Shown piece by piece: positions 10,993 to 19,392 of a stretch of DNA of 64,000 bases. The notes below the pieces were generated by a model, which was not told where the DNA came from, ran no database searches, and worked only from the letters and a program-made list of their open reading frames with translations. The position numbers and the translations under genes are program-made. The first letter of the stretch is position 1, and every line of letters begins with the position of its first letter. The DNA lies in assembly GCA_049903315.1 (NCBI GenBank), contig JBNGBT010000002.1:288001-352000 (forward strand), in the 5' to 3' direction. The stretch comes from Candidatus Cloacimonadota bacterium (GTDB lineage Bacteria > Cloacimonadota > Cloacimonadia > JGIOTU-2).

Positions 10993-13900
10993 ATGAAGCA
11001 CATTGTGTTACTTGGATTGTTTGTTTTATTGAGCTCATCTTTGTTTGGAGAAGTAATTGAACTCACGCCGTCTCAGACATTAGTTGATATTACATATTTT
11101 GATGAAAATAATGTAACAATGCAGATCTCACTCGACAAATTCGAGAGAACGGTTCAGCAAAAAGATGGAATTGCATTTGATAATCTCTTTGTCGATTCAT
11201 GGAGTAGATTAAGAGAAGAAGGATATCCTGCATTGCCCTCGATAAGAAAAATGGTAATGGTTCCTGAAAATGGATCTGTTGAAGTTGAAATGTCTGTTTT
11301 GAAAAGCATTGAATACGAGAATATTCATCCGTATCCCGCGCAACCATCTGCAGTTGATAATGATGCTTTTGATACACCTCCTTTTACCTATAATGAACAA
11401 TTCTATACTTCTCAAAATACATATCCGCAAAAAATGTATTCCGTATCGGAAATTTTCACAATACGAGGATTAAGTTTTGTATATCTTACAATAACTCCAT
11501 TCCAATATCATGCTTCCAAAAATATCTTATCCATTGCAGAAGAATTTGAAATCTCACTAAATATATCAGGCACCTATGAATTTGATGACAGATTTTATTC
11601 TGAATATTTAAGTTCAATCGTTATGGATAATGCTATAAATCCAGTGTATGAAGTTCCACAAAGAACTTATCCCAAGGATGTGGATGGTGCGGACCTGATC
11701 ATAGTGACCACATATGATTTTATGGATGCGGCAGAAACACTGAAGGAATGGAAATCGCAGAAGGGATTTTATACGGATATTGCTTACTTAGAAGAAATAG
11801 GTTCGACAGCTCAAAATATTTACACCTATCTCTTTCTCGCATATGAGATTTGGACTCTTCCTCCGTCTTTTGTGATCTTTTTGGGAGATTCAGATATCGT
11901 GCCGACAAATTATATTCCAGATCAGCTTTCCGGCGGATACTTAGGTTCTGATAGACCCTATGCTTGTATGGATGGTGATTATCATCCCGATTTTGGGTAT
12001 GGAAGATTATCTGTAGATGATGAGCAACAGGCATTTATCGTGATTGATAAGATCATTCAATACGAGAAAAATCCTCCAGCATTATCATCATTTTATGAAG
12101 ATGTTATAAATGCCGGATACTTTCAGGATGATGAACATGACGGGTACGAAACAAGGCGTTTTATAAAAACTTCGGAAGAAATGCGCGACTTCCTTCTTTC
12201 CGAAAATTATAATGCAGAAAGAATTTATGTGACAGAAGGCTCGGTGAATCCGACTAATTATAATAATGGATACTATGCAAATGGAGGACCCATCCCTGAT
12301 GAATTGCTGAGGGTGAATGGATTTCCATGGAACGGAAATGCGACAGATATCACTAATGCAATCAATAATGGTATTTTTATGATAACTCATAGAGATCATG
12401 GATATACTGCCGGATGGGGTGATCCGGCTTATAACACGGGTAATATAGCTCAATTAACTAATGGAGAATTACTGCCGATGGTTTTCAGTATCAATTGCCA
12501 AACCGGCTGGTTTGACAGCGAAACAGATGACGACCCAGGCACATTCGAATGTTTCACAGAGATGTTCATCCGAAAAGAAGATGGGGGAGCAGTCAGCTCA
12601 ATCGGAGCATGCAGAAATTCTCTCAGTGGGTACAATGATTTCCTGGCACTTGGAATGATAGATGGTATGTGGGATAATTTTCTTCCTGATTTTAACTTTA
12701 ACACGAATGGCTATCTTGGCTATGTCATGTATGAGGGTTTGATCGTTATGGAACAGTTGTGGAATCCTTTACAATATGAATTCGATATATTCCATGTGAT
12801 TGGCGATCCGACTATTCAAATCTGGCGGGAGCAGCCATTGGAAATTACTGCAACACATGACCTTGGCTTTACTTATGATATAACTTCTATTCCGATTACA
12901 ACTAATATAGATGAAGGAATTGCATCTCTCGTCGTTGATGGAGAACTTGTAGGAAAAACAGAGTTCACTACATCATCTTTTGACCTTTACTTATCCGAAT
13001 CCTTATCTGCACCTCAAACTGGAACGATAACTATAACTGCTCGTGATCATCAGCCCTATGTTCAATCTGTAACATTCATCCCACCAAATGGAAGCTTTGT
13101 CATTATAGATGATTTCTCCATTTCCGATATCAATGGAAATGCAGATGGAGAATGGGACGCAGGTGAGGAAATAATTCTCACCTACAATTTGACGAATGTG
13201 GGTAATGAACCTGTTGATAGTATTGATTTTGAAATATATACAGATGAGAGCTTTTTGGATATTACTCAACCAATCACGACAATTACTGGTTTACAAGCTG
13301 GTGAGTCAATAATTTATAACACCGATGCGCTGATCTCGATGGAATGTACTCATGATCAGAGAATAACGTTAGAAGCAGTAGTGAGTAATATAAGCGCAGA
13401 TTTTGTAGATATTCAGAATTTCAATATTGTCAAACTTCCGAAGATTGTACTGCCAATAGATTCCGTCTATTACGAAGTATCTGATAACTCTATAGTGAGT
13501 GTGCCTTTTGAGATTCAGAATATTGGTGCAGACACCCTTCGCTGCACACTGCTTAACCATTCACATGAATGTGCAAATCTTACTGAGGACGCATCATATC
13601 TTACCATTCCACATGTTGTTGAATTCGAAAATCTAAGCCAGCTTACTTTAACAATGTGGTTAAAACTCAGCCAGATATCCCAGCCTGGATTTATATTGAA
13701 TAAAGGTCTGATCAACGGAGATTTGAGTTTTACTATATCAATGACTAATAGTTCAACACTGTTATACAAATTCCGGGATGCATCGGGTGCCGACTTTCAA
13801 AAAATGGTGAGTTTAGATTTCGCACTTGATGAATGGTTTAATCTGGCATTCGTAGTGAATGAAACTTCAATTACGTCCTATCTGAACGGTGAATTACTCG

Positions 13901-14676
13901 ATACTGATTCTTTTATCTCTCCAATTTATTCAACCAATACAGATATTTTGGTAGGATCATATGTAAATTCCGTGTATGAATTTAACGGATATATTGATGA
14001 ACTTGGAATCTATACTGAAGCATTCACGCAGAATGAATTGCAGGATATGCTCTGCTCAACTGCAAGAGGAAATACGCCAGCCTTGCTCAGTTATTATAAG
14101 TTTGATGCTGAAACAGAAGTTCATGATTATACAGGTTATAATGATGCTCTACCAGAAGGTTCGATCTCATTTGAGAATGCGGGTGCTCCTGTTATGACAT
14201 GGTTTGGCTTTGATTGCTCAGAATTAGTTGTGGAGCCCTATCAAAACGCAGTTATGGATATTTCATTTAATACTCTGGGCTATGACCCGCAATTATTCTC
14301 ATCATACCTGGAGATCAACTCAAATGCAGAGAATAGAAACAGTATGTTGATACCGATTGAATTGCTCTATGAACCATACAGTGTCGATCAAAATAATACT
14401 TTCAACGCTCTCTCATTTTTCTATTCGAATCCATTCTCTCCGCATGATGAAATACAATTCAGCTTAAAAACCCAGCAACATATTTCTGTAGATATATATA
14501 ATTTAAAGGGACAGTTTGTCACAAATATTATCGATGATATGCTTGCACCTCAGAACTATTCTTATCAATGGAATGGGAAAGACCACTCAGGTAGAACGGT
14601 TGAGAATGGTGTGTATTTCATTAGAATTAATTCTGAAGAAAGTACAAATTTCAAGAAAATGGTTTTCCTGAGATAG
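10993..14676 (+). CDS. C25 (gingipain-like) cysteine protease with propeptide, LamG-like domain and CTD
   Basis: GYPALPSI propeptide, WKSQKG, FLGDSD, GRLS, catalytic HRDHG and SINCQTG; LamG-like WFNLAFV...YLNG...FNGYIDELGIY; CTD. Confidence 0.88.
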   Translation: MKHIVLLGLFVLLSSSLFGEVIELTPSQTLVDITYFDENNVTMQISLDKFERTVQQKDGIAFDNLFVDSWSRLREEGYPALPSIRKMVMVPENGSVEVEMSVLKSIEYENIHPYPAQPSAVDNDAFDTPPFTYNEQFYTSQNTYPQKMYSVSEIFTIRGLSFVYLTITPFQYHASKNILSIAEEFEISLNISGTYEFDDRFYSEYLSSIVMDNAINPVYEVPQRTYPKDVDGADLIIVTTYDFMDAAETLKEWKSQKGFYTDIAYLEEIGSTAQNIYTYLFLAYEIWTLPPSFVIFLGDSDIVPTNYIPDQLSGGYLGSDRPYACMDGDYHPDFGYGRLSVDDEQQAFIVIDKIIQYEKNPPALSSFYEDVINAGYFQDDEHDGYETRRFIKTSEEMRDFLLSENYNAERIYVTEGSVNPTNYNNGYYANGGPIPDELLRVNGFPWNGNATDITNAINNGIFMITHRDHGYTAGWGDPAYNTGNIAQLTNGELLPMVFSINCQTGWFDSETDDDPGTFECFTEMFIRKEDGGAVSSIGACRNSLSGYNDFLALGMIDGMWDNFLPDFNFNTNGYLGYVMYEGLIVMEQLWNPLQYEFDIFHVIGDPTIQIWREQPLEITATHDLGFTYDITSIPITTNIDEGIASLVVDGELVGKTEFTTSSFDLYLSESLSAPQTGTITITARDHQPYVQSVTFIPPNGSFVIIDDFSISDINGNADGEWDAGEEIILTYNLTNVGNEPVDSIDFEIYTDESFLDITQPITTITGLQAGESIIYNTDALISMECTHDQRITLEAVVSNISADFVDIQNFNIVKLPKIVLPIDSVYYEVSDNSIVSVPFEIQNIGADTLRCTLLNHSHECANLTEDASYLTIPHVVEFENLSQLTLTMWLKLSQISQPGFILNKGLINGDLSFTISMTNSSTLLYKFRDASGADFQKMVSLDFALDEWFNLAFVVNETSITSYLNGELLDTDSFISPIYSTNTDILVGSYVNSVYEFNGYIDELGIYTEAFTQNELQDMLCSTARGNTPALLSYYKFDAETEVHDYTGYNDALPEGSISFENAGAPVMTWFGFDCSELVVEPYQNAVMDISFNTLGYDPQLFSSYLEINSNAENRNSMLIPIELLYEPYSVDQNNTFNALSFFYSNPFSPHDEIQFSLKTQQHISVDIYNLKGQFVTNIIDDMLAPQNYSYQWNGKDHSGRTVENGVYFIRINSEESTNFKKMVFLR

Positions 14677-14688
14677 TATTGGAGGGCA

Positions 14689-17142
14689 ATGGAGACAAAA
14701 ATAAACAAAATTTTGTTACTTGTTTGTTGTATCAGTTTGTTGTTTCCACTTGCTCTTTCTGCAGTTCAGAACACTCAACTTCTCGATTCTCTCATCGTTT
14801 CAGGTAAAGATAATTTTGATAAAGGTCGAGATAACCACGCAATTTACATTCTTTTACGAGCAAAGGAATTAGCTGAAGAACTCGAAGATGTCGAAAAAAT
14901 AATTTCGATAAATAAACTTTTTGCTGAAATTTACGAAAACAAGGGGGATTACAAAACGGCAAATGTTTATTTGAGGAGACTTCAAAATATACAGGACAGT
15001 CTTTCTTTGCTGCAACTTGAACAAATATATTTTTATGAACAGGACGAAAGTAAACCCTTAAAGCATCAGACGTATATTGAAGAACTGGAATTATCTAAAA
15101 GAAATCAATTTAATTTATTTGTAATTATTATTTTTGCACTATTGCTTATCTCATTCATCATTATTGTTATAAAAGGGAAACATTCTGAAAAACAAATGCA
15201 ATTGATCATTGAGGAACAAACGAAAGATCTTATAGAAACGAATCTGTCGCTTGAACAGAAAATTAAAGAAAAAGCAGAGAGCGAGGAGAAATTCAGAACA
15301 ATCTACGAACATGCGCCTATAATGATAGATGCGTTTGACGAAAATGGAAAATGCCTACTTTGGAATAAAGAATGCGAGAGGCAACTTGGTTGGTCAAAAG
15401 ATGATCTGACCAATTCCAGCAATCCCTTATCTCTTCTTTATCCCATAGATAAAGAAAGGAAACAAGTACTCGAGTGGATAAAAATTGCGGATGGCAGCTT
15501 TAATGAGAATATAGCAACTACAAAAGATGGCTCTAAGAAGATCCAGATGTGGTCAAACTATAGATTAGCACCTGGTTTCTGTATCTGTGTAGGGTATGAT
15601 ATTACTGAGCGAAAAAAGTCTGAGAATGAGCTTAAGGAAAGTAAGGAACGATACAAAAAATTAATCTATAATTCACCTTCACTCATAGCAGAAGTCGATG
15701 TAGAAACATATGAAATCGTGACGTGCAATCCTGTAATGGCAAAATCTTTAGGAACGACTGTCAATAAGATAATTGGCAGGGATATACGAAAGCTACTTCC
15801 AGAAGATATATTCAAAAGTAGAATGGTGTTTGCAAACAAAGCTCTAGCCGAGAATAATGCTTTTGTCTTTGAAGATACAAATCATGGAAGACATTTTTAT
15901 AATACAGTAATACCAATAATTACTGCAGGTCGGACGACTTATCAAATGATATCTTATGATATTACTGAGAGAAAACATGCTGAGATGGAGCTTCAGGCAA
16001 GTGAAGCGCTGCTTCAGTCATTGATATATAATATTCCACTCGAATTTTATGCGCGGGATGAAGAAAAAAAAGTGTTCATGCAAAGTGCCCGATCAATTGA
16101 AAAGTGGGGTGACCTCTCTGGAAAGAGTGTTGAGGATCATCAGATAGATGTATCTTTAAAGAAATTGTGGAACAAATGGCTGGAATCCGCATACGCAGGT
16201 CATGAAATCGAAGGTGAGTATGATATCTTCATAAAGAATGAACTGCATCATATGAAAACCCTACTTGCTCCTATTAAAAGGGATAATGAGATAATCGGAG
16301 TTTTAGGAACTGATATTGATATTACTGAAATCAAAGAGAATGAGAAAAAATTGATGATGATGAAAGATGACCTTGAAAGCATGGTCGGAGCTGAAATAGA
16401 AAAAAGAAAAGCACAACAGGAGCTTCTCATTCAGAAATCTAAGCTGGAATCTCTTGGTCAACTTGCTGCCGGTATTGCACATGAAATAAACCAACCAATT
16501 GGATTGATCGCACTTGGAGTGGATAATATTTCTGAAAGATTAAAATCCGGAAGTGATGTATCTGCTGAATATCTGACGGAAAAAATAGAAAAATTTTTCA
16601 AATATATTGATAGGATTCATCAGATAATTGACCATATAAGTACTTTCTCCCGAGATCAGAAAGATATAACATTTGATGAAGTAAATATAAATACAATTGT
16701 TGAGCAAGCTTTAGCCATGATAAGATTGCAGTACGAGGATCAAGAGATTCATTTTGAAATAAATCTTGAAGAAGATCTTCGAATGATATTGGGCAACTCA
16801 TTCAAGATAGAGCAGGTTCTTCTTAATCTGCTATCCAATTCTCGTGATGCTCTTGAAGCAAAGACGAACACTGGTGTTGATTTCCAAAAAACGATATCAA
16901 TTAAAACATTTAAAAAAGGTAAATATATAATTATTGAATTCACAGATAATGGAATTGGCATGTCCTCAAAGGAGTTAGAAAGCATTTTTGATCCTTTCTA
17001 TACAACAAAAGGACCGGAAATGGGAACAGGATTGGGATTATCTATATGCTATGGTATTCTTGATGAAATGAATGCAGAGATATCAGTAAAAAGTATTCCG
17101 GATGAATTCACGACTTTTATTATAAAATTTAAGACCTATTAA
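14689..17142 (+). CDS. Membrane sensor histidine kinase (TPR-like periplasmic region, three PAS-like domains, HisKA/HATPase)
   Basis: Signal/TM segments; three DITE-terminated PAS/PAC units; H-box AAGIAHEINQP; N-box NLLSNS; DNGIG; GTGLGL. Confidence 0.92.
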   Translation: METKINKILLLVCCISLLFPLALSAVQNTQLLDSLIVSGKDNFDKGRDNHAIYILLRAKELAEELEDVEKIISINKLFAEIYENKGDYKTANVYLRRLQNIQDSLSLLQLEQIYFYEQDESKPLKHQTYIEELELSKRNQFNLFVIIIFALLLISFIIIVIKGKHSEKQMQLIIEEQTKDLIETNLSLEQKIKEKAESEEKFRTIYEHAPIMIDAFDENGKCLLWNKECERQLGWSKDDLTNSSNPLSLLYPIDKERKQVLEWIKIADGSFNENIATTKDGSKKIQMWSNYRLAPGFCICVGYDITERKKSENELKESKERYKKLIYNSPSLIAEVDVETYEIVTCNPVMAKSLGTTVNKIIGRDIRKLLPEDIFKSRMVFANKALAENNAFVFEDTNHGRHFYNTVIPIITAGRTTYQMISYDITERKHAEMELQASEALLQSLIYNIPLEFYARDEEKKVFMQSARSIEKWGDLSGKSVEDHQIDVSLKKLWNKWLESAYAGHEIEGEYDIFIKNELHHMKTLLAPIKRDNEIIGVLGTDIDITEIKENEKKLMMMKDDLESMVGAEIEKRKAQQELLIQKSKLESLGQLAAGIAHEINQPIGLIALGVDNISERLKSGSDVSAEYLTEKIEKFFKYIDRIHQIIDHISTFSRDQKDITFDEVNINTIVEQALAMIRLQYEDQEIHFEINLEEDLRMILGNSFKIEQVLLNLLSNSRDALEAKTNTGVDFQKTISIKTFKKGKYIIIEFTDNGIGMSSKELESIFDPFYTTKGPEMGTGLGLSICYGILDEMNAEISVKSIPDEFTTFIIKFKTY

Positions 17143-17179
17143 CAATACAGTTTCATAACTGTAACCTTTTTACAACAAC

Positions 17180-17287
17180 TGTTCGATATCGACCAACAGC
17201 AAATAAATTATATAAATTGCAATATAACTGCAATATAAGTAAATTTCGTACCCATTTTACAATAAAAAAATTGACCGAAATCGAACA
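17180..17287. promoter_or_regulatory. Two related 16-bp imperfect palindromes, putative enhancer sites for a sigma54 activator
   Basis: TGTTCGATATCGACCA (17180-17195) and TGACCGAAATCGAACA (17272-17287), both TGT-N10-ACA-like, upstream of a sigma54 promoter. Confidence 0.5.
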
Positions 17288-17352
17288 ATTTATTGATAAG
17301 TAAAAATATGTGATATTTGCTAATTGGCTAATGGTAAGCGAGTTAACATATT

Positions 17353-17368
17353 TGGCACACAATTTGCT
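17353..17368 (+). promoter_or_regulatory. sigma54 (-24/-12) promoter
   Basis: TGGCAC-ACAAT-TTGCT matches TGGCAC-N5-TTGCW and lies directly upstream of an operon encoding a sigma54 activator. Confidence 0.8.
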
Positions 17369-17385
17369 AATATATAAGCAAACGG

Positions 17386-17730
17386 ATGTTTCTTATGAAT
17401 ATACTTTTAGTAAACTTTGTAAAAGAAAAACTTAATGAGTTGGATGAGTACTTGCATACTCAGGGTTATGAAGTATATTCTGCGGAAAATGACTTGGAAG
17501 CAGTTCAGATCCTCAATAATACACACATCAATGAGGTGGTAGTACACCTTACAAAGATCATGAATGTCGGTTTGATAAATTATATGAATCATTATTTTTC
17601 TGATCTGCGTGTAGTATTAGTGACGAATAATTATGTTGAGCAGGCATTTTCCATAATCAAGAACACTGCATGTGAAATAATCCAAGAACCTTTTACGTTA
17701 TCTACTTTTAGGCAAACGCTCGAGAATTAG
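17386..17730 (+). CDS. Stand-alone pseudo-receiver domain protein
   Basis: Receiver pattern (MNILLV...GYEVYSAE...EAVQIL...PF), but the acidic pair is NF, the phospho-Asp position is H (VVVHL) and the conserved K is E (QEPF). Confidence 0.7.
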   Translation: MFLMNILLVNFVKEKLNELDEYLHTQGYEVYSAENDLEAVQILNNTHINEVVVHLTKIMNVGLINYMNHYFSDLRVVLVTNNYVEQAFSIIKNTACEIIQEPFTLSTFRQTLEN

Positions 17731-17821
17731 GTAAAATGAAAGTACAAATTGGTTTTCTTAACGTTGGCTCGGCTTATCGAATCAATCGGAGGAATATCGA
17801 GGAGAAAGGTTAGCTTTCTCA

Positions 17822-19186
17822 ATGGAAGAACTCAAAATCCTCATTTTAGATGATGAAAAGGGATATCGTGAGGGGATCGAGGAGTATTTGTTAACGCAGG
17901 GCTTCACTGTATTTCATGCGGAGAAGCCCTCGGAGGGATTTCAGATTTTAAAGGATGAACCGTGTGATATTGTGATATTGGATCTCAAATTGCCGGAAAT
18001 GAACGGTGTTCAGGTTCTCCGAAAAATTAAGAAATCCTATCCGGAAACTGAGATCATTATGATCACAGCACATGGAGATATGGAAAGCGTTATTGAATCC
18101 TTGCGCTATGGAGCATCGGATTTCTTCATGAAGCCATTCCGGCTTCTGGATCTAAAGACAGCTATAGAACGCACAAAAAGGTTTATAGCTCTTCAGAATA
18201 GAATTACAGGCCTGAAGTTTCAGTACGATCATCTCATCTCTCAAATCAAGGATGCTGACGGCACAACCATAATCGGTAAGAGCAAAGCAATAAAGGAGAT
18301 TTTGAACTTAATGAAAAAGGTTGCGGGAACTGATAATACAACTATTCTCGTAACTGGAGAAAGCGGAACCGGCAAAGAAATTGTTGCAAGAGGAATTCAC
18401 TCATTAAGCGCTCGAAAAAGCCACACATTTTTGGATATCAATTGTAGCTCAATACCTGATAATCTTTTTGAAAGTGAATTTTTCGGGCACAAGAGAGGTG
18501 CATTTACTGGCGCGATCGAACATAAATCGGGATATTTTGAGGTTGCAAACCATGGGTCGATATTTTTAGATGAGATCTGCGATATGCCCAAACATATGCA
18601 GACTAAACTTCTGAGAGTTCTGGAGGGGAATATTTTCAGAAGGATCGGGAGCAATAGAGATATAAAATTCGATGTGCGCGTTATCTCAGCAACAAATCAA
18701 GATATTGATTCATATGTGAAAAATCATGAATTTAGAGAGGACCTACTCTATCGTCTTAATACATTCCGCATTCACATTCCACCATTACGGGAAAGAAAAG
18801 ATGATATAAAACCGTTACTTGATTATTTTGTGAAAGTATATTCCAAAAAGTTAAAGAAATCCATTAAAAATGTGAGTAATCGGATTTATGATTATTTGCT
18901 CAAGTATGAGTTTCCTGGGAATGTACGAGAATTGAGGAATATGGTAGAAAGGGCTTTGATACTCTGCGATAATTCAACACTTCGACTGGAACATTTTACC
19001 CTTCTCGCAGGAAAAGATGCTGAAATTGATGAAGATACATTAGACCTTGCCGTGCTTGATAAGAAAGAAAAGGAGATGCTTACTAAAGCCCTCAAGAGAT
19101 CTGGAAACAACAAAACAAATGCCGCAAAATTATTAAATATCTCCCGCTCGGCTCTTAATAGGAAAATAGAAAAACATAAACTGTAG
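17822..19186 (+). CDS. NtrC/AtoC-family sigma54-dependent response regulator
   Basis: Receiver (LDDE, ILDLKLP, KPF), Walker A GESGTGKE, GAFTGA, FLDEI, FPGNVREL, and a Fis-type HTH. Confidence 0.95.
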   Translation: MEELKILILDDEKGYREGIEEYLLTQGFTVFHAEKPSEGFQILKDEPCDIVILDLKLPEMNGVQVLRKIKKSYPETEIIMITAHGDMESVIESLRYGASDFFMKPFRLLDLKTAIERTKRFIALQNRITGLKFQYDHLISQIKDADGTTIIGKSKAIKEILNLMKKVAGTDNTTILVTGESGTGKEIVARGIHSLSARKSHTFLDINCSSIPDNLFESEFFGHKRGAFTGAIEHKSGYFEVANHGSIFLDEICDMPKHMQTKLLRVLEGNIFRRIGSNRDIKFDVRVISATNQDIDSYVKNHEFREDLLYRLNTFRIHIPPLRERKDDIKPLLDYFVKVYSKKLKKSIKNVSNRIYDYLLKYEFPGNVRELRNMVERALILCDNSTLRLEHFTLLAGKDAEIDEDTLDLAVLDKKEKEMLTKALKRSGNNKTNAAKLLNISRSALNRKIEKHKL

Positions 19187-19196
19187 GAGAAAATTT

Positions 19197-19301
19197 ATGA
19201 ACAGGATACTTTTAATAAGTGTGATAGTATCATTAGTAATAATCATAGGCGCAATTATAGGTTTTTTCCTCAACAGAAAAACAGATTTAGGGATAAAATA
19301 G
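19197..19301 (+). CDS. Small single-pass membrane protein (34 aa), absent from the ORF track
   Basis: AGGAGA RBS overlapping the regulator's stop codon; MNRILLISVIVSLVIIIGAIIGFFLNRKTDLGIK* has one hydrophobic helix and a basic tail. Confidence 0.55.
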   Translation: MNRILLISVIVSLVIIIGAIIGFFLNRKTDLGIK

Positions 19302-19392
19302 CCTATAATCAGCTGTATCTAAGAAAATCGTTATTTTTCTTGACAAGCCCCTTAGTAAAAATATCAAGTATTCAAAACATGCTGGAGGCAGT

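Noticed and set aside
17736..17813. 25-codon ORF between pseudo-receiver and regulator
   Set aside because: Weak RBS and no features; cannot be supported.
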